Shown here: piece after piece, positions 38,135-47,200 of the stretch | How the letters are laid out: every line of letters starts with the position of its first letter | Position numbering within the stretch: the first letter of the stretch is position 1 | NCBI GenBank assembly: GCA_963836235.1 | Contig: CAWIIP010000002.1 | Location: forward strand, 1,536,001-1,600,000 | DNA length: 64,000 bases | From: an uncultured Pseudomonadota bacterium | GTDB taxonomy: Bacteria; Oederibacteriota; Muellerivitia; Muellerivitales; Muellerivitaceae | Direction: 5' to 3' | Notes under the pieces: model-generated | Databases searched by the model: none | Told to the model about the DNA's origin: nothing | What the model saw: only the letters and a program-made list of their open reading frames with translations | Translations under genes and position numbers: made by a program

Positions 38135-40381
38135 TTACGGTTGTAGCGAGGTGGCTAGAAGTTGGTAGTGATCCGCGAATTTTGCGGCCGAAGCCGCTTC
38201 TTCCTTTTTCCCCATCCGAGTGAGAGGGTCGATTAATTGGCGGTAAGCTTGGGCCACATGATATTTTTTCTGGATAACATGGTGAAGGGCATCAATAGTT
38301 CGCACATCGTTTCGATAGTAGTATTCATCATAATTAGCCAATTTTTGCCAGAAGTGCCCGCATTGAAGATCCAATAGCGGGTCGGCGGAACAAGCCGCCA
38401 CTCCGCGGAGCGCCGATTGGCGGGCTTGATCCATTAAAGCGTTGTCCGATTCCTCGATACTCGCCAGTTTGTCCCAAAAACAAGATTCCAAGAAAGAATC
38501 TCCTTCAAAATAATGCCAACGGTCTTTTAGGGCTTGGAGAACCGGACCATAGTTGCTTTTCCAAGTGTGATAGGGCATCAAAGAAAAGATAGCATCTAGG
38601 GATTGATGAGCCTGAAGCCACCGGTTCAAAAGTGGATTCGAAAGAGGAGAGAGAGGAAACCATGCCAAGATTAAAGGGCCATCGGCCCGGGGAAATCCTT
38701 CGGAAAGCGGGTAGATCCGGCATTCCGGAAAGTGCTGGACTAAATAGGCTTGGTATCTAGCGTTAATAAATAGGGCTGTCCACCGAACCTGATTCGGTTC
38801 CAGGCTTGGGTTAACGGCCGCATTAAAAGGGTAGGTTGCTGTAAACAGGGACTGATCAAAAATATCGGGAACCAGATCGGCCAAAAGGAAACCAGAACCT
38901 TCTTTGGTTTCCAAGACCTTGAAGGCGTTGAACCGTTCAGGAGATTTATAAGGCCCGGATTGAAGGCCCGGAATGGCCCATTGGTGATAAGGTCCCCATA
39001 GATGGTAAAGGTCCAGCCCAAAGGAAGTTGAAAATAAAAAAATTATGATCGGTATTCTGCCAGCTTTGGGAATGCCCATTAAAAAATGGCTACTTCCCAG
39101 GGTGGTCAAACCCACCACCCAAGGAAGAACAGGAAGCAACCGCATTAGCTCCAAGTTCTTGGAAAGCAATGCGGGCAAGAGGGAAACCCCCAATCCACCA
39201 ATTATCCAATAAAAAAAAGGTTTTTTGCGGAATCGAAAAAGTTCCACCAGGCCGAGTAAAAAAGTGGAGCCCCAAATGGGGTTCAGAAATCCACCCCAAA
39301 AAGGGCCGAAACAAAAAGATTTAGCAGGAGAGCCCCAAAGGAAGGACGAAAGGTATGAAGCGCAAAGGGTCCATTGATCTTTAAGGGGGTTGGGCTGGCT
39401 GAAAATGAGATGGCTGTAAACATGCCCCGCTGAAAGATTCGTGAAAACGTCGGAAGCTATAGGGAGAATCAAAAGTAACGCCCCAAAGATGAAACAAGCT
39501 GGAGTTTGGAGTTCCGTAGGTTTATTCCAACCGTAAATCCAGAGGTAAAGTGAAGCAAGAAAAAAAAACGTTACCAAGTTTACAATCCAAATATAAATTC
39601 CTAAGCCCATACCCAAGCCTAAAGCGAAAACCAAAACCAGGGAAGGACCCCGCTTGAGGCTTTTCAGGCAAAGCCCAAGCAACCCTACGCAAAAGAGCTG
39701 CCATAAAACAACGAGAGACAAAGGCGAGCAAAATTGTCCGAGATAAAGGGGCCAAAAACCAATGGCTAAAAAAGCAGCCCCCCAAAGGGAATAAGAATTG
39801 GAAAAAAATTGCCGTAACGTCCACCAACCCAGCGGCAAAGCCAGGGTTGAAAGGATTTCTTGAAAAAGACGGATTGAAAAAAAGGATGGAGGGCAAAGCT
39901 TGAAGAATAAGGCTTGCAACCAAAAATAAAGAGGACCAAGCTTTTCAGAGGTATAGGTCAACTGCCAAGTCCAATGCTGGAACTGCCGAATACTGAAATA
40001 GCTAATCAAGGCGTCATCCCACATCGGCCAGGCTGGAAGTGAAACTAATTTGTAAAACCGAGAGGAAACGGCCAACCCTACTAAAACGATTCCCAACCAT
40101 TTTGCGCGTCGATCCAGGAACTCTTCCGAGAAAAAGATTTTTTCATGAGTTGAAATGGGGATGGACGTCAAAAGCCCCAGCGTCAAGGGGAATAAAATGC
40201 CGATGAGACAGATCCAAAACTTTGTTTGAAGGTTGAAGCGAGAATAAGACAAAAGAAAATTTGAAAGGGTGAAAATCAGGAAATAGAGCCGCGCGTCATA
40301 AATCAGATCTTTTAGAAGATTTTTTTCGGTCGATTTCAATTCTTTCCTTGATGAGTATGGTTTCAAGAAAATCACGAACAA
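38135..40381 (-). CDS. GT-C glycosyltransferase with a divergent helical C-terminus, paralog 7
   Basis: WPMWDDA, PFWGGFLNP, DQSL…YPFNAA, GDSFLES. Confidence 0.78.
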   Translation of the reverse strand: MFVIFLKPYSSRKELKSTEKNLLKDLIYDARLYFLIFTLSNFLLSYSRFNLQTKFWICLIGILFPLTLGLLTSIPISTHEKIFFSEEFLDRRAKWLGIVLVGLAVSSRFYKLVSLPAWPMWDDALISYFSIRQFQHWTWQLTYTSEKLGPLYFWLQALFFKLCPPSFFSIRLFQEILSTLALPLGWWTLRQFFSNSYSLWGAAFLAIGFWPLYLGQFCSPLSLVVLWQLFCVGLLGLCLKSLKRGPSLVLVFALGLGMGLGIYIWIVNLVTFFFLASLYLWIYGWNKPTELQTPACFIFGALLLILPIASDVFTNLSAGHVYSHLIFSQPNPLKDQWTLCASYLSSFLWGSPAKSFCFGPFWGGFLNPIWGSTFLLGLVELFRFRKKPFFYWIIGGLGVSLLPALLSKNLELMRLLPVLPWVVGLTTLGSSHFLMGIPKAGRIPIIIFLFSTSFGLDLYHLWGPYHQWAIPGLQSGPYKSPERFNAFKVLETKEGSGFLLADLVPDIFDQSLFTATYPFNAAVNPSLEPNQVRWTALFINARYQAYLVQHFPECRIYPLSEGFPRADGPLILAWFPLSPLSNPLLNRWLQAHQSLDAIFSLMPYHTWKSNYGPVLQALKDRWHYFEGDSFLESCFWDKLASIEESDNALMDQARQSALRGVAACSADPLLDLQCGHFWQKLANYDEYYYRNDVRTIDALHHVIQKKYHVAQAYRQLIDPLTRMGKKEEAASAAKFADHYQLLATSLQP

Positions 40382-40446
40382 CCCCTTAAATTATACGGCA
40401 TCCATTGAAATATTTTAGGTTGAACTATCAGGCGAGTGGATAAAGT

Positions 40447-42045
40447 TTAGGCCATGTCCGCCAGTGAGTGGTTGGGGCATTTGCGCGCGGTGTAGTCTTT
40501 GTCCCAAGACGTCCGGAAAAGGATGACTGGGCGGTTCAGCTTATCCTTGGTTTTTAAAACCTGCACCGGCGGGTCGAAGGAATCTATGTCGCCCTTCAGC
40601 CAAGCGCTACAAGTATAGGGCAAAAGTTCCAAGTCGGATTCCACGCCGTATTCGCTCTTCAAGCGGTACTGTAGGACGTCGAATTGCAGGCGTCCCACGG
40701 CGGCGACGTAAAAGTCCAGCTCATCCCAACTTTTCAACATCTGTACCGTTCCCTCGGCGGTCATTTGCTCCACGCCCTTGTCGAAGGACTTGCGCTTGCC
40801 CACGTCCTTGGGGCGCACGCGCGCGAAAATTTCCGGCTGGAAGGAGGGAAGGGGCTTGAAGTTAAAACCGCCGGAAAGCGAAATCGTGTCACCAATGGCG
40901 AAGGTGCCGGGATTGATGACGCCCACGATATCACCCGGATAGGCCAAGTCCACCGTGTTGCGGTCCTGGGCCAGCATGGAGTGCGGCCTCGACAGGCGAA
41001 GCTCTCGGTTCAAGCGGTGGTGCTTCACTACTAAGTCGCGCTCGAAACGGCCTGAACAAATGCGGAGGAAAGCCGTGCTGTCCCGGTGTTTGGGATTCAT
41101 GTTGGCTTGCAGTTTAAAGACGTAAGCGGAAAAAGGGGTTTCAACAGGGTCTATTAGAATTTCACCTTCGGGAGCGTCGGCGATTCTCGCGCTAGGCGGC
41201 GGAGCCATTTCCACAAAGGCGTCAAAGAAGGGTTCCACCCCGAAGTTGGTCAAGGCCGAGGCGAAGAAAACAGGGCTTACTTTGCCTTTTAAAAACTCGG
41301 CATGTTCATAAGGATTTCCGGCAACTTCCAGAAGTTCCAGGTCATGATGCAGTTTTTCCCAGAGTTCCTCCGAAACGTGGTCTTTCACGCCGGGGTCGGA
41401 AAGCGCGACTCGTTCCACGGCCGCTTTGGCGGCACCGCCCACGGAGACCTTGGTGAACAGCAATAGGTCCTGCGTGCGGCGGTCCACCACGCCCGCGAAT
41501 TCGCGGCCCGAACCCACCGGCCAATTGATAGGGGAAGAATGAATGCCCAGCACCTGTTCCACTTCCTGCATCAAGTCCAAGGGGTCCCGGCCCGGCAGGT
41601 CCATCTTGTTGATAAAGGTCATGACGGGGATGCCCCTCAGGCGGCAGACCTCGAAAAGCTTGCGGGTCTGGGTTTCCACCCCCTTGGCGGCGTCGATCAC
41701 CATGATGGCGCAGTCGGCGGCGGTAAGGGTGCGGTAGGTATCCTCAGAAAAGTCCTGATGGCCGGGGGTATCCAGTACGTTAATGATGGCCTTCTTGTAG
41801 GGGAACTGCATGGCGGAAGCCGTAATGGAGATGCCGCGCTCCTGCTCCATCCCCATCCAGTCCGAAACAGCTACCTTGCCGCCTTTGCGGCCCCGCACCA
41901 TCCCGGCCGTTTGGATCATGCCGGAATAAAGCAGCAGTTTTTCCGTAAGGGTAGTTTTGCCCGCGTCCGGGTGGCTGATAATGGCGAAGGTGCGTCGTTT
42001 CGCGATCGCGTTTTTGATTTCGTTGGTCAATGCCGGATCGGTCAT
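40447..42045 (-). CDS. prfC: Peptide chain release factor 3
   Basis: RRTFAIISHPDAGKTTLTEK, DTPGHQDFSEDTYR, ANMNPKHRD. Confidence 0.97.
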   Translation of the reverse strand: MTDPALTNEIKNAIAKRRTFAIISHPDAGKTTLTEKLLLYSGMIQTAGMVRGRKGGKVAVSDWMGMEQERGISITASAMQFPYKKAIINVLDTPGHQDFSEDTYRTLTAADCAIMVIDAAKGVETQTRKLFEVCRLRGIPVMTFINKMDLPGRDPLDLMQEVEQVLGIHSSPINWPVGSGREFAGVVDRRTQDLLLFTKVSVGGAAKAAVERVALSDPGVKDHVSEELWEKLHHDLELLEVAGNPYEHAEFLKGKVSPVFFASALTNFGVEPFFDAFVEMAPPPSARIADAPEGEILIDPVETPFSAYVFKLQANMNPKHRDSTAFLRICSGRFERDLVVKHHRLNRELRLSRPHSMLAQDRNTVDLAYPGDIVGVINPGTFAIGDTISLSGGFNFKPLPSFQPEIFARVRPKDVGKRKSFDKGVEQMTAEGTVQMLKSWDELDFYVAAVGRLQFDVLQYRLKSEYGVESDLELLPYTCSAWLKGDIDSFDPPVQVLKTKDKLNRPVILFRTSWDKDYTARKCPNHSLADMA

Positions 42046-42248
42046 GCCGACATTCCTTTAATAGGCAGCGCGAAAATGAGCGGAAGCCGATATAACAAGT
42101 TTTTCATTTTGGATTTGTTAGAAATGGTGAAAGGGCACATAGGGGCGGTATCTTACCAAATTCCTAGAGTTCCTCAACCGCCATGGGCCTTGATAGGAAA
42201 GACGAGCCTGACTAAACTGACCCCGTTTTAATTAAGCCAAAGGCCGTC

Positions 42249-42911
42249 ATGAAATTCCTCAAAAAGATTCTCAAAGAAATCGCCGTATTCCTGAAGCAAT
42301 GCTGGTTCCTGGTGCTACTCCTCATTCTGGCCCTTTTGGCTTATCCCGCCGCCAGGGGAAGCGAGTTCTGGGTTTGGAGCAGCCTGTCCTATGTGACCTC
42401 TTTCGTTTTTTACGTGCTCACTATTTATCTTCCCCAGCGGAAAAACCAGAAAAACATCCACCGGGTCGTCGTGCCCTACCTGCAGGCCATCATCAACGAC
42501 ATCAAGGGGGTCTTTTATACTTTCCTGGCGGCTTCCAACGAAAAATGCGACATCAGCCAAGTCAACGAAGGGGATTTTGAGAAGGTTTTCCGGATCATCA
42601 ATCCCCAGGATAAGTCCACCCGACTTGAATTTCTGGGTTTCGTCAGCTGGTTTCAATACCTGGAGCACCAGAAAAATCGAATTAAACGTTCAATGGATAG
42701 GATACTGACCTATGAGCATCATCTTGATACGGAATTCATCCTTATTCTTGAGAATATCCACAACTCGGCGCTTTTTGAAATATTGGATTACATCGAAAAC
42801 AAGCCCATTGCCTATACCGACTTCATATTCCTAGCTGACGCCTATGCCCACAGCTACCGCCTGGCCAATGGGTTGGAGGAGTTCTTGCGAAAATACCGGG
42901 CTGAACTTTAA
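42249..42911 (+). CDS. Hypothetical membrane-anchored protein (2 N-terminal TM segments)
   Basis: 220-aa ORF with normal composition. Confidence 0.7.
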   Translation: MKFLKKILKEIAVFLKQCWFLVLLLILALLAYPAARGSEFWVWSSLSYVTSFVFYVLTIYLPQRKNQKNIHRVVVPYLQAIINDIKGVFYTFLAASNEKCDISQVNEGDFEKVFRIINPQDKSTRLEFLGFVSWFQYLEHQKNRIKRSMDRILTYEHHLDTEFILILENIHNSALFEILDYIENKPIAYTDFIFLADAYAHSYRLANGLEEFLRKYRAEL

Positions 42912-43054
42912 CAGGATGCTGAAAAAGTCCGCCGATCAGACTTTTTCTTTTTCGCAAACGAGCCACGGATCACAAAAACCATATTTTAAGTGGCTCGTTC
43001 TATCCCATGACTGTCGACAGGGTATTGAAAAATTCCTTTTCAATACCCTGTTAA
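42908..43054. mobile_element. MITE-like element with imperfect terminal inverted repeats and internal palindromes
   Basis: TTAACAGGATGCTGAAAAAG … CCTTTTCAATACCCTGTTAA; 15-bp perfect hairpin 43017-43051; AACGAGCCAC/GTGGCTCGTT. Confidence 0.55.
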
Positions 43055-43115
43055 GCCGTTTCCTTCCGCCGGGTAGTGGGTTAAAGTAAACGGAAATTTC
43101 ATCCAAAGGATTTTC

Positions 43116-44204
43116 ATGCGCAATACCTTCTGCCTGAAGTGGGACCAAGAACACGGCGCCAAACTGGTGGATTTCCACGGTTGGAATATGCCGGTTTCCT
43201 ACGCCAAGGGAATCCTCTTCGAGCATGAGGCGACCCGTACCGGCGCGGGGCTATTCAACATCTCCCACATGGGGCGGATTCGCCTTTATGGGCCCCAGGC
43301 CTACAAGCTTTGCCAATATGCTTTTACCAACGATCTTTCCAAGGTCAACATCGGCAGCGCCCTTTATGGTTTTCTCCTAAACGCCAAGGGCGGCATTATC
43401 GACGATGTCATCATCTATAAAGAAGCCAATGACCGGTTTCTCTGGATCATTAATGCGGGAGGCCGGGCAATCGATGTGGAACACTTGGTACGCCTTTCTG
43501 TCAGCAAGGACCTAACGATGGAGGTTCTTTCCGATTCGACCGCCCTCTTGGCCCTCCAAGGCCCCAAGGCCGACACAGTTCTGAAACGGTTAGTAAAGAA
43601 CGCTGATTTGAATAAAATCCCTTATTTCGGTTTCGGCCACGGCACGATCCAGGGAAAACCTGTCTTCATCATGGCCACCGGTTATACAGGGGAAGACGGA
43701 TACGAAGTAATGGTGGATGTGAAGGACGCCCCGATGGTTTGGGACTTGCTGGTCAGCCAGCCGGAGGTGACCGCTTGTGGCCTGGGAGCGCGGGACTCCC
43801 TGCGCCTAGAAGCAGGGCTACCGCTCTACGGCAACGACATCGACGAGACCACCCAGCCTTATGAGGCGGGTTTGGGATGGGCGGTCAAGATGGAGAAGGA
43901 AGGCGGTTTTTTCGGGCGAGAGGCCCTGAACAAGACACCGAACCGGAAGCTGATCGGATTGACCCTCGAGGGCCAAAATATCCCCCGTTCCCACTATAAG
44001 ATTGTTTCGGAAGGCCAGGAAGCTGGGGAAGTGACCAGCGGTGTTTTTTCCCCCACCTTAAAAAAGGGAATCGCCTTGGCTTACGTGAAAAGCGAGTTTT
44101 TAGAAAAACCCCTAGCGGTCGATATCCGGGGCAAAGCCGTTCCCGCGCAAAAGACGAAACTCCCCTGGGTCAGGCACGTTACTAAAGCGAAGGCTAAAAC
44201 TTAA
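43116..44204 (+). CDS. gcvT: Glycine cleavage system aminomethyltransferase T
   Basis: GWNMPV, ISHMG, GIIDD, TGYTGEDGYE, GLGARDSLRLEAG. Confidence 0.96.
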   Translation: MRNTFCLKWDQEHGAKLVDFHGWNMPVSYAKGILFEHEATRTGAGLFNISHMGRIRLYGPQAYKLCQYAFTNDLSKVNIGSALYGFLLNAKGGIIDDVIIYKEANDRFLWIINAGGRAIDVEHLVRLSVSKDLTMEVLSDSTALLALQGPKADTVLKRLVKNADLNKIPYFGFGHGTIQGKPVFIMATGYTGEDGYEVMVDVKDAPMVWDLLVSQPEVTACGLGARDSLRLEAGLPLYGNDIDETTQPYEAGLGWAVKMEKEGGFFGREALNKTPNRKLIGLTLEGQNIPRSHYKIVSEGQEAGEVTSGVFSPTLKKGIALAYVKSEFLEKPLAVDIRGKAVPAQKTKLPWVRHVTKAKAKT

Positions 44205-44221
44205 ATCACACTCACTATGAT

Positions 44222-46852
44222 TTAAGGTACCACCGGGGATCGAACCACCGAAATACTTTTCAAGGCTGTTCCGTCCTTATAAATCACCACGAAATATTGG
44301 CCTGGGGGCATGTCATGGCCCTTCTCATCACGGCCATCCCATTCCACCCAGGCGTCCGTTTCGGCGACCACATGCTTATCGTAAATGGTTTTAACCAGGT
44401 TGGCGCCTCTGTCCACAATCTGTAATTGGTACCAACCAGGGCCGTCCCCAAAGGTCACATAGATATTGGCGGGCGGGGTGGTGAAGTCAATAGCTTGTTC
44501 CTTGTCGAGCAGGGAAAGGAGGGAGGGCGCGACTATAGTGGGTGTTGGAAGAACTGCTTTTAGAATGGGCGTTCTCGCCGGCCAAGGCCAGGGCGTGGCT
44601 GGCCTTGGCGGACGCCAAACCCAAGTGGGTGTGGGTCGAATTCTGGTCCGCTTGGGTTGAGGCCTTGGAGTTGACGTAGGAAGCGGAACTATTGCCGGAA
44701 ATGAATAAGGAGTGGGGGATGGCCTTAAATCCGAAATGGGAACAACTCTCGGAAGCGGAGTTGCGGTTGGAATGGGAATAGGTGTGAAGGTTGGCCAAGG
44801 TGTATTGGAAGGGGTGGCCGTAAAGGTCCATGTGGATCGAAGCGTAGGTAATGGGGTAGGTACCAAAGTTGGTTCTTCCGGCACTTTGGGATTGGGGCAA
44901 TTGGAGGGATTTCCATAGAAAGCGATCTGATCCACGTTGAAAGCAAAGGACCCGCGGCCTTTGGACTCGAATCCGATGCCGGTAATATTACTTCCGTCGG
45001 GGTGGGTGGCTTCTCCCCCTTCCGTTTCCCACCAGGACTTGAGGCTCATCTCTTTAAAGGGAACCCTGAAAAAGGTCCAAACCCCTTTGGGTGGGACGAC
45101 ATTAAAGGAATAGCCGTTGATGTCCGTCACGGCCGAACTGAGTACATTGAACCAATAGCTGTTGCCGTCCCCCTTCATCCAAAACTGGACGCCGGTGAGG
45201 CCGTGGATCACGGTGTTAAAGGGGGTGCCGTTGGCGAAGAGAAGGGTCTGGAAAACGGCGTCGCCGCCTTTGGAATCCAGTGGGTTTTCCCCTGATACCG
45301 TGGCGGAAAGGCGGGTTCCATCCGCCCCGGGGTCGCCGTAAGACACGCTCATGTGGCTGTCGGAAGAAGCGACCGTGTTCCATTTCCCGCCCCAACGATT
45401 GACGCGGGTAGGAGGCGAGCCAATGCGGCTCGGGTCATCGAAATCGTCGATCACCCGGTCCAGGCAGTCGTCCGAAAGGGGTGTGGGAGTGATAGTGGGA
45501 GTCGAGGCTTCCTTTGCTCCGGGAGTGGAACAATCGGGAACGCAAGAACCGTAAAAGGAAACTTGGGCCAGGCTGTAGGAAAAGTCGCCGGACTCCATGG
45601 GAAAAAATTGGATTCCCGTCACGTCGGTCCCGTCGGGGTTTTGTGGCAGGTCGGGCTGGCCCCCCAGGGATTTGCGCGTCATCTGGACAAAGGGGATTTG
45701 GTAAAAGGTCCATTGCCCCGGGGAGGTATGGATATTAGCCCCATACCAGGTCCAATTGTCGGTCACCGCCATGTTCGGCACCTCGACCCGATAGGTCCGG
45801 CCATCCCCCTTCATGTAAAACTGAACACCCGTCAATCCATGGCAGGTGGCGTTAAAGGGAGTACGCCATTCGTAAAGGGGGCATTGAAAAATAGCGAAGC
45901 CGGAGCTTGTTCCGGTAACCCCCGCAGAGCTTTGGCCGGCGCTTTGTCCCGGTCCGCCGTAAGTCACGCCGATGCTGCCGCTGGAAATATTCGTCCTCCA
46001 ATGTCCACCCCAAAAATTCGCCCGGTCGGGTGATTTACCGTTGCGGCTGGGGTCCTGAAAGTCGTCGATCAAGGTCGAAGGGCAGCCTTTCCACATCGGG
46101 CTTGGCCCAAGGGCCGGGGCCCCATCGGAGGGGGCGCCAATGGGCCGGTTAAAAGTGATGGTGAAATCGAAATCTTTTTTCTCCCCTTTTTCCCAAATCC
46201 AGTTGGGTTTGGAATCGTTGTGAGAATAGACCATGGACAATTGCGGGCTGTAAAACCGGTTATCCGCCATCACCAAATGAAGACCTTCCGAAGTCATTTG
46301 GACTGTCAGGCCCCCATGGTTGTGGGAGGGGCCCATGGAAAGGGGAGCCGAATCGGCCTGGCGGATAGCCCAATCGGTCACCCGGTCCACCGGAATAAGG
46401 CCCTCATTATCATTGAACTCGTAGGAGTCGCCTTGCCAATCCGAATAGGGAAAACTGGCGTAGACATCGATACAGCTGACTTCCACCGATTCCCGGGGCA
46501 CCAGATGATAATGGATGTGCAGGCCCGTGCCAGAGGGTTCGACACTATATTGGAGGTCCACCGGAACCCCATGCACCCGGGTGATAGCGTTGAAACCCGG
46601 TTCAAGTTCGGAGGAACGCCCCGCCTGAAATTCGAAAGTTCCTTCCCAATGTTTCTCAACAAAATTTCCAGTGAAAATGACCGGGTTGATATGGACAACC
46701 TCTTGAAGATGGTCCTTCACGACGATGGTGCCGCTATCGAAAACCTCGGTGGTCAAGGAAGGGGTGCTGTTATCTGCCGTCGCGATAGCCGGATGAAAGG
46801 GGCCTAAGGCCAGAAGCCCCCATAACCAGTAGCGTTTGACAAAGTTATTCAT
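44222..46852 (-). CDS. Secreted protein with two CIA30/CBM11-like modules, Pro/Thr linker and C-terminal FlgD-Ig-like domain
   Basis: Repeated IDDFxDPSR…WGGxW…GLTGVQFxMKGDG; C-terminal LVKTI…WDGRDEKG…PPGQYFV. Confidence 0.8.
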   Translation of the reverse strand: MNNFVKRYWLWGLLALGPFHPAIATADNSTPSLTTEVFDSGTIVVKDHLQEVVHINPVIFTGNFVEKHWEGTFEFQAGRSSELEPGFNAITRVHGVPVDLQYSVEPSGTGLHIHYHLVPRESVEVSCIDVYASFPYSDWQGDSYEFNDNEGLIPVDRVTDWAIRQADSAPLSMGPSHNHGGLTVQMTSEGLHLVMADNRFYSPQLSMVYSHNDSKPNWIWEKGEKKDFDFTITFNRPIGAPSDGAPALGPSPMWKGCPSTLIDDFQDPSRNGKSPDRANFWGGHWRTNISSGSIGVTYGGPGQSAGQSSAGVTGTSSGFAIFQCPLYEWRTPFNATCHGLTGVQFYMKGDGRTYRVEVPNMAVTDNWTWYGANIHTSPGQWTFYQIPFVQMTRKSLGGQPDLPQNPDGTDVTGIQFFPMESGDFSYSLAQVSFYGSCVPDCSTPGAKEASTPTITPTPLSDDCLDRVIDDFDDPSRIGSPPTRVNRWGGKWNTVASSDSHMSVSYGDPGADGTRLSATVSGENPLDSKGGDAVFQTLLFANGTPFNTVIHGLTGVQFWMKGDGNSYWFNVLSSAVTDINGYSFNVVPPKGVWTFFRVPFKEMSLKSWWETEGGEATHPDGSNITGIGFESKGRGSFAFNVDQIAFYGNPSNCPNPKVPEEPTLVPTPLPTLRSTWTFTATPSNTPWPTFTPIPIPTATPLPRVVPISDLRPSPTPYSFPAIVPLPTSTPRPQPKRTRIRPTPTWVWRPPRPATPWPWPARTPILKAVLPTPTIVAPSLLSLLDKEQAIDFTTPPANIYVTFGDGPGWYQLQIVDRGANLVKTIYDKHVVAETDAWVEWDGRDEKGHDMPPGQYFVVIYKDGTALKSISVVRSPVVP

Positions 46853-46971
46853 AACCAGGATTCTAACAGGCCTTCTCTCCGTTCAAGAGGGTAGATTAGT
46901 GTCTTGGCTTCCGCGAAAGGTTTAGGACAGGTTTATTTTGGCTTGAGGAATAAAGAGAAGAGGGTTCAGGT

Positions 46972-47151
46972 TTAGCGGGTTTCGGACTTTCCATCTTTTT
47001 GGAATGGAGGATGGGGGGGCACATGGTTTCTTTTCACGATCTTTCTCAGACCGGAATAGGGAGGACGAGTATGTTTCCGTTCGTTCGGAAATGCCCAAGC
47101 GGATACCGCCAGAAGAAGCAGAGGTATCGCGATCACAAGCCATTTTTTCAT
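46972..47151 (-). CDS. Small secreted basic/Pro-rich peptide (59 aa)
   Basis: AAGGA SD; MKKWLVIAIPLLLLAVSAWA signal peptide. Confidence 0.6.
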   Translation of the reverse strand: MKKWLVIAIPLLLLAVSAWAFPNERKHTRPPYSGLRKIVKRNHVPPHPPFQKDGKSETR

Positions 47152-47200
47152 GAAAACATTCCTTAAGCTCAAGCCTTCCATCGAACGGCTCCTCACTCGC

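Noticed and set aside
41539-42231. Long antisense ORFs over prfC, gcvP, ppk2 and RNB
   Set aside because: Typical GC3-driven shadow ORFs opposite well-supported genes
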